NCBI GenBank assembly: GCA_951406725.2
Contig: OX597817.1
Coordinates: 20,522,001-20,586,000, forward strand
Direction of reading: 5' to 3'
DNA length: 64,000 bases
Source: Octopus vulgaris
Lineage: Eukaryota
The translations under genes and the position numbers were made by a program. The notes below the pieces were generated by a model. It was given only the letters and a program-made list of their open reading frames with translations. It was not told the origin of the DNA and made no database searches. Positions 39,215 through 53,719 of the stretch are shown here, piece after piece (within the stretch, counting starts at the first letter, position 1; the number at the start of each line of letters is the position of its first letter).

Positions 39215-40012
39215 GTTGTATAATAAAGGATGGGAAATAGAAAGAAACTAGGAAGCAGGGTTATGCATGAATAGTAACGAAACTTAAGCACAGGGTACAG
39301 CAAGGCAAGTAACTGGGAAACCTAACACAGATGCACTCTCGTGAGTTAATTGCCAAACAATACAATATCGATACCGTCCTAGAATATTCTCTAGTTTATC
39401 GGTGTCAGCAATATGGGAGCTGCTAGAATATAGACGAATGGATATCAGAAATAAACACAAATGAAACAAAATTGTAGACAATTATGTAAAGCAAAGTCAC
39501 TCCGTATAGTATTTCGACCGATAGGTAGTTGGAGACAAAACGTAAGATGAATCACAAAAGTACAAAAAGAACTATAGATGTGATTATGCATATGTATGTA
39601 ATGTAATTTATGCATGTATGTATATATCACAGGGATTCATAAACGTATGAGACTGTAGGCATTACCTTTTCGGGAAGATTACCAATAACCAACTGCCCGT
39701 TTCACTTAACTGTGTCACAGTATAAGCCAGTGGTTCCTGATCAAATGCAATTTATTCACCTTGTGTTTATACATATTCTTCTGTGCCAGCTTTTCTAATA
39801 TATATCTAGCTAATTCCCGGGTGTTTGTTTAAATTTAGCTAAGAACCAAGAAATTAAGTGGTTTGCATGCCACGTGTTTAACTGCATAATCATGTGCGTG
39901 AATATATAGTAGAGCTTCACTATTCTTTGTTTCTAAACAAGGCGGATATGAACGTTTGTATGTATATGTATACCTATATAGGTATGCTTGTGTGAGGGTG
40001 TGATTGTGTGCA

Positions 40013-40089
<77 letters not shown>

Positions 40090-40092
<3 letters not shown>

Positions 40093-40975
40093 AACTACCT
40101 GCATTAACTTTGTATAAAAAGAAACAGATAGTAATATTACCTTGTCCTTAGTCTTAGTGCAAGCTTTGAAGAGTGCAGTTTGATTTTGACAGTTATAATT
40201 GAACTGACAACGGAGCATATTCGGCATAGTTTGTTTTATGAGTTCAATAAAGTCAACAACGGAACAGAAAGTGCAGGAAAGTTAATGCAGTATACGGAGG
40301 TTGCACAATAAGCGTAATCCAGTGTCAACAGTGGTTCCATATATTCCGAGCCGGAATCTACAGATATGGGATGAGACTTCTCCTGGAAGAACTGCAGAGC
40401 TCGGCGAGCACGCCTTGAAAATCCAGGTGAAACAAAATTCCATCGTAATAATTGAAGATTTAGTCAGGCATAAATTGGGCCAATGAGTTCTTCAGAAGCT
40501 TTCCGAATCTGATTACGCAGAGAGAGTGAATGTGTGGTGTGAAGGAACAATTTTTGGACCGAATAGCGACTGGGTTCTCAAGCACCTACGACAGTGGGTA
40601 GGGAACTGAGAAACACCGGCAACCCGGGCTAAACAAGGTATACACCCACGTATGGTGTTCTCTGTTTGGTGTAATATGAAAAGTTTAGTATACTTTGAAC
40701 TTTAAAACCCAAACCAATCTATAACAAAGGAGATCTACTGCGAGAAGCTTGAGCGGCTTAAGTCAGCACTAGGAGAAAAACGACCATCGATGGTTCGAAG
40801 ACGAAAGGTGTTCCTCCATCAAGTTATTGCTTGATCATATACAGCGAAGAAGATATTCCAAAACCTGGAGCTGTTTGAATAGGAACCAATGGCTCACATT
40901 CGCCGGGCATTGTCCCTTCTCATAATTATTAATTCCATAGTTTTCAAAGTCATTTCGACGTAAAAGATTTGAACA
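40090..40975 (+). pseudogene. Decayed mariner transposase
   Basis: EHIRHSLFYEFNK and SVWCNMKSLVYFEL..PNQSITKEIYCEKLERLKSALGEKRP..VFLHQ. Confidence 0.82.
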
Positions 40976-42199
40976 GTACTAGAGTAGTGATGTTTTGAAA
41001 ATATATATGCATACAAAAATCATGCATATAAAATTTTGCATACTAAAATATGCATACTAAAATATGTATGCATATATATCTAAATATGTGTATATGAAAG
41101 ATGTGTGTATGTGAGTGAGAAAGACCGAGTGGGTATCACTTACACATGCATGACAACACACACCTTCACTCACTCATTCTCTCTCTCTCCTTTTCTCTCT
41201 CTATTACCTACACGCGCACACGGACAGCTACGCACACACGCACACACGTCCATTTTATATGCACATATATACATCTTTTACTTTCTCAAGTTTCCACTTT
41301 CTGTTCTCTCTTCAAAGCAAATGTCGTGGTTTCAGTTTCTCTTCTCTTTCAATGCCTGCTCTATCTGAGACATAAATAAAAAAAAAGTCGAAAATTTATG
41401 AATATATTCGAAAACTGAATTGCCAATCTTGATGTATGGCGTATCAAAACATTCAGTAATATTTCGGCTAACAAACAAACTTTATTTCCATTTATATATT
41501 TTCCTTAAAAAAATTTAACGTTATAATTCAACTATACTAAACGACATTTTATGCCACGACCACATCACATTTCCTATATGAGTGTGCACTATAAAAGACA
41601 TCAAATTCTCTATATGTTATGAGGTAATACAATCAGTCATTTTCTGTATGCACATATACATATGTATGCACTTATATATATGTGCCTGGATATCGAATAC
41701 CATGTGTGTGTGAGAGAGAGACCGACAGAGAGAGAAAGAGAGAGAGAGAGAGTGATAGTGCCACTGAAACGTATATGCAAAATGCATACCTGACAATACA
41801 CACTTTCACTCACTCTCTCCATCTCTCTCTCACATACACACACATGCACACATACACACGTCCATTTCATATACACGAACTTACATATTTCCCTTTCTCC
41901 TTTCTATCATTTTCTGCTTTCACTTCAAAGCAAATATCACCTCTTCCCTTTTTTCTCTCTTCAAATTCTGATCCCCTTAAAGCATAAAGAAATAAAGAAA
42001 AAATTACGGAAATTAACGAATAATCATATGGTCCTATATGAGCGACCATAGGATCGAGTCGACAATTTTTCTGCTTCAAACGAAAGAAGGCCATAAAAAC
42101 TTCCACTGACGCACGCACACACGCAGATACACAAATACATGTATACATACACACAAACGCACACGCACTCTCACGTACGCACGCATGCACACAAACACA

Positions 42200-42230
<31 letters not shown>

Positions 42231-42239
<9 letters not shown>

Positions 42240-43345
42240 GTAAAAGGTCTGTATCAATTTTGTTATTTCTTGCTATATGCACGCACAAAATAACAGCTCA
42301 AATCGAAATGAAATCACCTCTTCCTATTCTGTAATTTATATTTGTGATGAGTGTATACTTAAACTTCATTTCGATATTCATTGAAAAGAGAGTTCTTCCA
42401 GAAATCCTGTTCTTTACCTGTTGTTTCTAGTATGTTTGAGGTAACATTTGCGCCCCTTTCCACCTGATATTTTCACTAAATTTCTTCCGATTTCTATATT
42501 CTCAATGTAGGAGTTTAGTATTTCAGTCCCAAAACATTTTCTCAATATCTTAATTGTCTCCATTTCCATCCCAATTTCTTCATTGTTTCGAAGTTTTTCG
42601 AGGTAGTCCACGGAGAAAAGAACAGGGAGTATGAATCTTTAAGAAACGTCTTCTTTCGGTTTTCTTAAAGAAACACTAAAATCTCCTTCCAAACTCTCCA
42701 CCCATCACCTTACCACTTTCAACAAGTTACAAATTCCGAATGTTTAATCTTTATCTTTTTAGAAAGCGAAGACGTTTCTTCGGAAACTTTACCTGTTGTT
42801 CCTTGTATGTCGGGATTTCTGGTGGTGCTTTAATATTTTTTTTACGTCTGCTATTTCAGTACAATTCTACGCATGCGTGAAACATCAGACGAAAATGAAA
42901 CGTTGGTTGTCTTTAGCTTTTTGAAAAAGAATAGGTGATATGTGTGCGAGGTGGAGGAATGGGAAGTTAATGCTTCTTTAAAAATAATGTAACTTTAAAA
43001 AGATGTATATTTTTCAGATTCGCAATCTTTGTATTTTCCTATATGTATAAAAAAAAAAACCTAAAACATTCGCGCTGTGTGACGGGATGAAACTAAAATT
43101 TAGAAAGCGTGATTTCTGGGTAAAATCGTATTAACTCCCTTTTATACGATGAAACAATACCTAGATTGTGCACCTTCTTAAGAACAGAAAGCACTTTCAC
43201 GCAAACCTATGCAAATTGCACCCTCTCCTTCACTTTTAAACAGTTGACTATATATCAGCTGTGCTGAATGTGTCTATAAGAAAGGAACAAAGAAAACAGT
43301 GTGGCTGTGTCATAACACGCGCGCAACGCCGGGATGCATTGCTAG
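42231..43345 (+). mobile_element. Putative old non-autonomous Helitron
   Basis: 3' end gcgcaacgccgggatgcattgCTAG resembles the other Helitron ends; the 5' TC end (tctctacgtaaaag) is uncertain. Confidence 0.4.
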
Positions 43346-43353
43346 CATATAAT

Positions 43354-43393
<40 letters not shown>

Positions 43394-43731
43394 CGTGTGT
43401 ATGGGTGGGTGTTATTTGTCATTATATGTTACATGCATAAGAATCATCCGGTCGTTATGAGGATGTTTCATATCTGATTGATAAGTATTTCTCATAATTC
43501 TCATTTGCTGTGATTCCAGTCTCCATGATATGCTGTGTGTTTAAAGATGACACACTTACCTATCCGTGTTCATACAATTCGACATATGTATATCCGACTG
43601 CCGTGGCCTTATATTGCATCCTATACCAATTATTTCTGCTTAATTAGGAATGCCAAATTGAAGCTTTTGTCATTAGGGACGTTCTTGATAAGTTGTATTA
43701 GTTAGCACACATACTTGTACATCCTTTATCA

Positions 43732-43815
<84 letters not shown>

Positions 43816-44368
43816 GTATATGTATCAGTATATATATATATATATATGTATATATATGTATATGTATATTGCCAATCATGTGCCTCAAATTTGGTATTTA
43901 TTTTAATGTAAAAAATTAAACATTTCGTTTATTAATTGATGTTGTCAGTCTCATATTATATTTGCAAACGCCAATACGTTGGAAAAGACATGGATGGAAC
44001 AAAACATTAGTAAAAGTCTCAATGTACATTTATAAATATAGTAACCCATATAAACATTTCTACTTTCTTTTCTTAACCACATATATTTACATATCTAAAT
44101 TAACAACCATGGTTCTCTCTTACTCAGGCAACATAGAGACGTAATAATTTATTGCTGTTTATATGCATTCCTACATTTCTTCTTTATGGTTAATTCATAG
44201 AAATTATTTTAAGAAGTGTAGCATGCATGCTAATCAACTTCATTTTCTTTTATTTGGGGGATTGCGGCACATCTGTGAAAGCGTAGCAGAAGATATAACA
44301 TTGAACAAATAGCATATAGTATATGTTATTAATAATATCTGGAGTTCACTCGGTATGAGTGAGTTTGA

Positions 44369-45235
44369 TACAAGGTACTATCAAATCTTTCAAAGAGAAG
44401 TTATGTTTAATAAAAAAAAAATTAAAACAAACTTATTTACGTAGGTTTCACCATAATCTCCTTCTAAATAGTTACCTTGCGCAACAATACACCGGTTCCA
44501 GCATTCTAGCAGCTTGTGGAATCCGGCCTGGAAGTTGTTTTACGTAAGCGAATCAAGGGCCTGCTGCCATTCGATATTGATCTCGACATTGGTATTAAAT
44601 CAAAGAGACGGATGTCTGCAGGTGCTAAATCTCACAAATAGGGTGGGCGGGGAAGGGATAACATGTTCATTCTGGCGATAAAGTGAGGAAAGATCGGTAG
44701 CAGTGTGCATTGCTAAAGTGAAGAATCCAATTATTCGCGCTCCACAGATCCGGTGACTTTCGCTGAATATCCACCATCAAATGCTTGAAAACGTAGTGGA
44801 AGATCTCTTGATTGAAACTTGTGTGCTGAAGGACGAAATGTTGATGGACGATACTTTGGATGTCGAACAAAATGATGAGCAGTCTCTTGATGGAGATGGC
44901 TCTCTTGTGCCATTTTTAAGCGTCAGTGTCACTCAAGACATTACGCACAATCCATTACCTCGTCGTCGTAGGCTGGCCGACACATGCCCAGTTTAATGCA
45001 AAATTTCACGTTGGCTCTTTCTTCCTGCTTCATGTCCATGACAAAAATCGCAGACTACAGCATACACTTGGTCACAAAATCATAAATTTTATAACTTGCG
45101 AAGTAAATATAAAATTGTCACACGACACACTGTCCTTGATTTCACTGCCAGCTCTTACTGTGCACGCAACAATATGGTGTCATCTGTTAGTGCACAACAG
45201 AACGATCCCGGGAACGTTTTGATACCACCTCTTAC
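44369..45235 (-). mobile_element. Internally deleted mariner remnant
   Basis: FDIQSIVHQHFVLQ..NQE..KSPDLWSANNWILHFSNA (cf. WILHHDNA); degenerate TIRs tacaaggtactatcaaa / ttttgataccacctctta. Confidence 0.8.
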
Positions 45236-48200
45236 AATGAACATTCAGTTTTTCGAACATCCCGGTCGATGCCTATGAGTAGAAATATCCTTGATGAGGA
45301 AATTATAAATGTTTGTATCTATAAATTGGCAAAGTTTGCAGTTAGAGTAAATATATATTAACCAGGAAAGGGGTGCCAGTAATTTATCCATGTCCCAATG
45401 GCTGTGTTACATAATTAATTCTCACTGAGATGGATAAACCTTTGCCGTGAAAATACTGTGGGGAAACTGAATGTTCTGAATTGGAATGTTACTGAAAGTG
45501 TCTCTTTTAGCATCACAATTGAAATGCGCCGCGATGGAAACTATTGCTAATTTGTCTGATCGCTAATTTCCTCTAAGGTGAAAATTTGGATGTTTATGAT
45601 CATATCAAGAGAATTGCTCTACACTTGCTAATCTGAATCTGTTATGTTATCAGGAATATTTTCCCGGAGTGTTCACGTGCGAGTGGGAATGAGCACCGCG
45701 GAGAGAAAAATATTGCTATTAGCTCACGCTCTCTTAATATGATCTTAGAACACACATTCTACCATGATATTGCAAATGTGTTACATGTGTATATAGTTTA
45801 ATCAAGACATCATAAATTGGTAGTGCAATATCAAGAGCAACAACATTTATTTTCCTGAAATTCGGAAGCGCAAAGGACCAGAAGAAACAATGATGAAGTA
45901 TTAAGATCCAATAAAGAGGGATAATCTGCAAAACTGGTCGTTAATTAGGAAGCATTATCCAAAATTATAGAGAATATGATTGATAAATATTGCTTCTATC
46001 ATCTCGGTGATGTAGAAAATAGAGCAGTTGTTAGTTTCTAGGAAGAAAAAAGCTACCGTTAAATGGAGTATTACTAATTATGATGTGTTTTCAAATACCA
46101 TAGTAGTTTTCTCGAGTAATTGAAAGTTTTAGGTAAAGGGAATCAGTGGGTAATCAACGGAAAATACATTACAGATTCTTCTAATATACGATTATTTTCT
46201 AATTTTTCCAAAATATGCTTTGTTTAAGCATTTGATATATAAAAAACATCGAAATTTCTTCAGTGAAATTGAAATTGAAAATGAACGTAGAATATTGTAC
46301 ATACATGCATGCATACATACATACATACATACATAAATACATACATACACAAACAATCACACACACACACATACAAATGTGTGTATATATCGATGTATAC
46401 ATGTTTATTGGTGGCATAGGAGTACCTCATAGGTCATTTCTTAACCAATTATTGGTCTATATTTCATTATTTTGTATAAAACCTAAACGATCATGATGAA
46501 AATAATCGATAAAGATATGTGGGTACAAATTATGTCATTATAAGCTGGTTAGAATAACTCATTCACCTGTCGAATACCTTATTTGACTGGGTGTAGACAT
46601 TCTCTTGTGAGCGCTCAAGAAAAACATTTACGGTAATGTACACATAAAATTTCTACCAAAATAAGTTGTCTTTATATGCCACGCTTGCAATTCTCATATA
46701 ATTGATGGCAAAGTGTGTATCAATTGAAATTCAAATCCTGGTTCAATGAGAGGTCGATCAAGTTACTGAAGTTTTAAATTTGTTGCTAACAGCATATTGA
46801 CTTTTAATTCAATATTAAAAATGAGAGAATATGCAAGGGAAATTAATTTTTGCGATAACGACTCCACCCATTGATTCATTATCACAATTCTAAAAAATTC
46901 AGAAGTGTAACATTGCTCAAATTCATTTGCGTAAATATGTTTCTTTGACCACCCCACACACACACATGCACATATACGCACGCAGATACACATGGATTAA
47001 GTCCCATTTTGGAAATATGTTAAAAGTGTTGTTATTTTTGGAGTAAAGAACACAAAGGTGCTGAGCCAGTGACTAAACTTGTATATTGTTGAGATTAATC
47101 TACTGAATTGACAGCAAAATAATTGCTTCTATCGGAATCATTTACCTTTAAGGCGAAAGAAAGCCAAAACAAAACCGACGTTTACAACAGGAATCGCAAG
47201 TATATTTTGTGTGCTTCTTTCTCTGTTCATTCGGACAAACTATAGAAATTGTTTGCGTACGCGCTCACCACGAGCACAAAAATTCTCCGGATATTTAGCT
47301 GTTATTTTTAGCATATTGAGTTTCGTGGTGAGGTCTTCACATGCCATGATCCTTTTGTTCTTTCATTATAAATCTACGTATGCGGAAACTGAAAACCCTT
47401 GTTTGGGTGAGCGGTACATGAGAGACGCTCTACCGAGACAGTATGAACAGGTTCAGAGACCCGACTGAATGGGCTGATCGTTTATATTTCCTGTGCAGTC
47501 AGCTGTTGCAAATGGCAACTGGTATCTGTCCACTAAGTTTGTTGTGCTGTTATTTTAATATAACTTTACTATTAATCCAGCTTCCTAAACGTACATGTAT
47601 CACTAGAAAATACAGAGTTGTAGAACCATAGGATCTATATAAGCGTTTTACAGTGTTCTCCATTGATATGTACAAGTATATATCGAAGATACTGCTGTAG
47701 GACGATAGGACCTACGCGAGTGCTTTACACTGTTTTCCACTGACATTGGTACTACTCTAAACAGCATGAAGTTAAGATTCAAAATTTATAGGCGTTATAT
47801 AAGACGATCCCTAGTTTCGGAGTGATATTTTAAAGTTCATATTCCGTTCTGTAGGCTGTATAAAGATAACCAAAACTAAGGTAGGACGTATGCTGATCGC
47901 ATGACAGCGCCAATCTTCAACAATTTAATTGTTACCTGTTACATAGGGCTTGAAATCTCATATTAGATTCAGGCATTAATATCAATATAAAGGTTTCACT
48001 AGAAAAATTTTTGCAACGAAGCAATATTACGTGGCATATAATAGCATACGTCGTGACGTCTTGAATTCGAAAACAATATTCCAATAAGCGATGTATTTCA
48101 CTTGATTAATTCTTCATGCTCGCTAAGAATATTCCTCATTAAAAATAGAACTGAGATCATTGATGCCTATACGGATACGTGACATACATCATAAAATCAG

Positions 48201-49801
48201 TTGGTTTGCGTATCAGATGATATTCAAAAATGATTTATATATATCATTATAAATATATATATATATTGTTTTGTTTGAATTAAATAAAATTCATTGAAAA
48301 TGTAAAATAAGACGCGAAGAATTGATCTGTAGAAAAATTTCACTCATTTTAGTTGATTATTATTCTCAGGGATAATGTGGGTGACATTCCATGTATCCTT
48401 CCTCATAGACATTCATAAATGTGTCTCCAATAAAAACACAAAATGCTAATTTGGATTTATAGTTCATCGTAGGGAGCAATATCATTTTTATAAAATAATC
48501 ACTATTTCACATAAGTTCCGGTAATATGTACTTCGATATCTATTCAAGTTTCTTTAAAAAGGCAGAATGACAGAATCTTTAAAGAATAACAATTGAACTG
48601 TTTCAGGTTAGGCTCGAAACCCGGTGTTCACGCGTTTCCTTCCCGACTTTCAGTGGTTATTCACATAACCCATACTGATATAAAATATTGGTTTCGCAAT
48701 TTCGAGGAAGGACGAAAGTCGATCAGATCGATTCAGCTCTCAACGTCGACTTCGGCAGAATTAATAAAATAATCCTATTAAACTAGAATCAGCTCTTTAT
48801 CTTTCATAATATTTTTAATATTCACCAAAGTAACAACTAGTATCTCATGTATTGAATTTAAAAGGAAGTAGTGAGACAGTCTTTGACAATAAAAGCATCT
48901 TGTGCAATGATATACGCTAAATATGTTACTAAATATTCCAAAATCATTAAGTTCAAGCAGTTTAAATCATAACGATACGTTATTTAATTTAAGCAAGGTG
49001 AAAACTAAAAGGAGGTAGTTTCGAAGTATTATTAAAGATGAAGTATATTGTGATGCATATTCAATGATGAAGGTACAAATCGTCAGATCTCCAGTTCTCC
49101 AGTCTTAATTATTCTGAAAATTTTGGTTAACGAAACTTTATTTCATTTACAAATTCGTTCCACATTTGCTATGAATTTATTTTTAAATATATAATAAATA
49201 TCTTTAAATTTAATTTTGATATGATTACGTTTCAAAAATTAACGATCATATGTAACGTCTGTTGCAAATCTACTGAGTTACATGTAGCGGTATAAAACTG
49301 TATAAAATTAAATATCGGATTCTGAATGTAAACTATCTCAAGGAGAATTCATTATTACAATCGGGATAAGAAGCAATGCGCAAAAATATTATCTTTAGTA
49401 CGCAGAAATCATTAATAACCAATTATCGTAACTTGTAATAACATTGCATTGTTTACTTTAAAAGTGAACTGGAAATTATATATTACCGAGTATGAAATAA
49501 TCACCAATGTTATTCCCACATGTACAGCCGATATAATTACCTCTGTATGCACTTAAGAAAACGCAATAGAATCAAAGCAGCCAATTTGCTCTAGGAAAGT
49601 ACGAGCCATCTGTAGTATCACTTACTTTTATTGACAGATGTGGCTCCGAGGTTTTTATTTTAACAGGTATGTCTCAGAACCACTTCCAATTTTCGAAAAT
49701 AGAAAATAGTAAATCTATTATAGATACTTGTCTAAATGACTTTTACCAAAATCAGAGACACCAAGCAATATTAGCATCCAATTTACAACGATCCCCATAA
49801 A

Positions 49802-51089
49802 TACGAAGCTGAGTGAAACATTAGGCGCCTACTTTCAATGTAGTTACACAGAAACAGGAGATATACAAGTACGTCATTTTCTATGTACTTTCCTTCCTTT
49901 TCGATACACTTGGTCCAGCGGTTCACAAGCTTGCGTACTCCCTCCAAGAAGAAGGTTTTCGGCTGGTTGCACAACCGTTTATGCACCGCTCCTTTCACAT
50001 CTTCATCCGTAGTAAATCGACGAACGCGTAAACCATCTTTGAGCAATCAGAACAAATGATAGTCAGTAGGGACGAGATGTGCGCTGTACGCAGGGCTTTC
50101 CAGCACCTCAAAACCTAATTGGTTAATAGTTTCAACGGTCTGCGCGACCGCGTGTAGGCGTGTAGAGTCATGCAACAACAAACCTTTCTTCGGCAATAAG
50201 CTTCGGTGTTTGGTGCGAATTGCTGGCATCAGCTTGTTGTCCAGTAAAGCACTGTTGACTGTACACACCATTTCTAGGTAATCTTCCAGTATAGTCCCTT
50301 TTGTGCCCCTCAAAAGAGTGAACATCGCATTTCCTGCGGAAGACTGAGACTTCAATTTCTCCGTCTCTGGCGAGCCAGGATATTTCCAGTCATATTCTCA
50401 TTTGGATTCTTCCTCATAATGGTGGGCATACGTATCATCTCCTGTGATTATTCTGCTAAACATTTCCCAGGTCTCATTTTTGTTGCGATCGGGCAAACAT
50501 CGGCAGACCTCAAGATGTTTGCTCTTGTGCCCTGCAGTAACCACTTTTGGTACCCACCTTGCACAGACTTAATGGAAGCTGAGCTCATCGTGGATGTTTT
50601 AATTGGCAGAACCATATCTAATATGCAGAGAACGAGTTATCACATCGAGGATAACTCGCCGCTTCACCATTACCATCTCTCGAGCCTGCTGAATCTTCTC
50701 GCTGTTCGTGGAGGTTGGCGGGTGTCCTGCTTTCTCTTCGTGCATTATGCTTGTCCGGCCATTTCAAGCTCCTCTATCCATACATACATAATGCGGTAGT
50801 GCACTGTTCCCGTATTGTGGTAAAAGCCTACAATGAATTTTATGACACTAGACACTTTCCCACCAGGATAATCGGATCACTGCTCTTTTACCTTCTTTGG
50901 TGCGCATTGGTAGTGGAGCGGCCAAGCTTAAACTGTAGCTCCCGAAAGAAAGATAGAGCGATCAGGCTCAAACTTCAATCACATGACCACAATAACGCCA
51001 ACTATAAGCACGCCTGCGCAGAAGACAGTTTGACAATAATGAAGATATGTTATGGCGAATGTGCTGATAATTTTTGACTTGTCCTCGTA
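49802..51089 (-). mobile_element. Full-length decayed mariner (irritans-like)
   Basis: LLLHDSTRLH, PAYSAHLVPTDYHLF, RWTKCIEKEGKYIE; TIRs tacgaagctgagtgaaacatt vs tacgaggacaagtcaaaaatt (15/21); ~1.29 kb. Confidence 0.92.
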
Positions 51090-51639
51090 ATTTTGAAGTA
51101 TTTAGAAAGCGTTATCCGGTTTTTAGTCCACCATAGATTTGTTTGGATGATATTCTATGTTTTTCGTGATATATTTCTTTATAAAGCGTATATGCATACA
51201 TTCGTAATGTTTAATGAGATATATTTTGATAGTTTGAATGAATTCATAATTAGGCTTGTTCATGTGATCATGTCACCTGTTTCATAATGTTCTTTATTAT
51301 CCTATGTTGTAATTTGGTAGTGGAAACTGCATTTAAAAGGAGTACAATTCACAAATTAAGAACCCGTCTTCCTCGAACAACACAAAGTTATATAAGATGA
51401 AACTATTAGACAATATATCTTGTCGCGAACATACATATGTTAAATATATTGATTTTGCGATATATGAAGAATAAGACTCAAAGAGGCAATAAAAAAAATC
51501 TAACTTGTGATTTAATGTGTTGTTATTTTGTGTATCTTAATCGTTTCGTTTCACTTTAAGTAAATTTGTAGAATATAAATATTTGTTATTGTGTCAAAAT
51601 ATAATCAGCGCTATGAAGTTTGGTGCTATCATGAACTTA

Positions 51640-52040
51640 GGCGCAGGAGTGGCTGTGTGGTAAGTAGCTTGCTAGCCAACCACATGGTTCCGGGTTCAGT
51701 CCCACTCCCTTTCATCTTGGGCAAGTGTCTTCTGCTATATCCTCGGGCCGACCAAAGCCTTGTGAGTGGATTTGGTAGACGGAAACTGAAAGAAGCCTGT
51801 CGTATATATGTATATATGTACGTGTGTGTATGTGTTTGTGTGGCTGTGTTTGTCCCTCTAGCATTGCTTGACAACCAATGCTGGTGTGTTTATGTCCCCG
51901 TCACCTAGCGGTTCGGCAAAAGAGAACCGATAGAATAAGTACTGGGCTTGCAAAGAATAAGTTCCGGGGTCGATTTGCTCGACTAAAGGCGGTGCTCCAG
52001 CATGGCCGCAGTCAAAATGACTGAAACAAGTAAAATAGTA
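51640..52040 (+). mobile_element. tRNA-derived SINE family A, full length
   Basis: Head ggcgcaggagtggctgtgtggtaag (A-box) and gggttcagtccc (B-box), central (TA)/(TG) tract, tail ggtgctccagcatggccgcagtc..actgaaacaagtaaaa. Confidence 0.95.
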
Positions 52041-52749
52041 TAAGAGAGAGAGAGAGTTATATTTCTTTTCTATGAGAACCGATTAGCTACAATTTTTCCG
52101 TTAAGATTTGATGAACATAATTAACACCTCAATAGACGAAGGTATACATGACGATTTTATCGCACTGTAGATCTTTTGATGCATCAAATGTGAATGTACA
52201 AAACGCCAAATAATACGTAAACACCGAAGAGTAAGCTAAAACTTTATCTACGAATTTATCTATATTCAATATGTTCTTTGGGGTGAAGGCTGTGATTGCG
52301 CTCTGCTCATTAAACAGACTTACAGTAATTAATAGGTGATGCATTCCAACGATTTCTGAACGTTTCTTTTGATTCCTCATAGTTTATCATGCATATGTTC
52401 TGGTGTACAGAATAGCACAACGATCTTATTACACTTCCCCTGTATTAAGAAATATAACGATACAGTCCTGCATACTTCTCTGTAATTTACATGTTTCTTT
52501 CATCCGAAAGGCACTGCTGAACAACTTTGAGGAACCACTTAGTTGCAGTATATCGTATATGCATCGTAGTAATATGTACTAATACTGTTCATTTCCATAA
52601 TATTAAATGTAACGTATTTACAATATATTCCTCACGCCTGTGAATTGAAACGTTATCTTGCTTTCATTCCGAGTCCTAGAGGTAATCAACATTCGGCAAC
52701 TCCGTTTCAACAATGTTTAGATAACCATATTTATGCAACATAGATATCC

Positions 52750-52910
52750 TTTTCTGCTCTAGTCACAAGATTCCAAATTTTTGAGGAGAGGACCAGTCGA
52801 TTATACCGTCCACAATACTCAACGTGTACTTAATTTATCTACCGTGAAAGGATGAAGGGCACAGTCGACCTGGACAGAATTTGAGCTCAGAACGAAAAGA
52901 CAGACGAAAT
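52750..52910 (-). mobile_element. SINE family B fragment
   Basis: gaaaggatgaagggcacagtcgacctggacagaatttgagctcagaacg. Confidence 0.8.
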
Positions 52911-52914
52911 GAAC

Positions 52915-53718
52915 AAAAGGCAATTCTTCTCGAAAGACATTACCCAGCATCATTAGTTGACAATGGAATAGAACAGGTCAAGACAATAGATATCCAAGAG
53001 TTACGAAAACCAAAAAAACACTCATAGTACATTAAATAGAATTCCGTATCTCTTAACACAAAATCTAAGAAATACAGAAACTTACTCGATTATATAAAAG
53101 AACATCCCACTATTGAGTCAAGATGCCCGTCTAAAAAAACCACTCGAAATCCATAAATAATAGAAAACAAAAGAGAACCCAAATCCCTATAATACATACT
53201 TACCAATGCAAAATTACCCAACACAAGACCAAAACTCACCGTCAAAACATGTGGTACCTCTAATTGCAGGACTTGAATCCACCTCATATATACAGCTGAA
53301 TCCACCTCATATATACAATTGAATCCACCTCATAAAATTGAATCCACCTCATATATACAATTTCCAGTCAGGACACACTTTTGACGTAAAAAATAACTTC
53401 ACTTGCCCATCAAAAAATTTACATTATTATATTAGGTGTGAAGGATACCACAAAGACTACACAGGGCAGACTAGTCTTACTCTCAGATATAGGATGACAG
53501 TCCACTGCCAACAATTGAGTGACCCCACAACAAGACAAATATCATTTAGTGGCCACTCAGATCTAGATCTCTGTGCACAAACCAAGTCCGTTAAACTCCT
53601 AGATTTCCCATTGTTCGAAAGCCCAGACAACACCACTGAGCAAACACGAATAATTAAGGAAAATATACTTATTCAAAAATACAGAAAAAACTCAGCATAC
53701 CCTAACATACCCCGCTGA
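52915..53718 (+). pseudogene. Penelope-like element: post-RT linker and GIY-YIG endonuclease remnant
   Basis: LLERHYPASLVDNGIE; KTCGTSNCRT; FTCPSKNLHYYIRCEGYHKDYTGQTSLTLRYRMTVH (cf. FTC.S.N.IY.I.C..C...YIGQT...L..R...H). Confidence 0.87.
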
Positions 53719-53719
53719 T

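Noticed and set aside
47396-47453. HHR-like layout cc.tgtt...ggta..tacc-GAGA...aacagg
   Set aside because: Core has too many mismatches to support
49011-49092. Minus-strand CTGACGA...GAAA candidate
   Set aside because: No stem II closure or stem III
51640-51712. tRNA gene
   Set aside because: A/B boxes belong to a multi-copy SINE head, not a complete cloverleaf tRNA
52129-52380. 83-aa minus-strand ORF
   Set aside because: No recognisable family; expected by chance
53274-53361. CRISPR-like array
   Set aside because: Contiguous tandem repeats without unique spacers, in a eukaryotic retroelement
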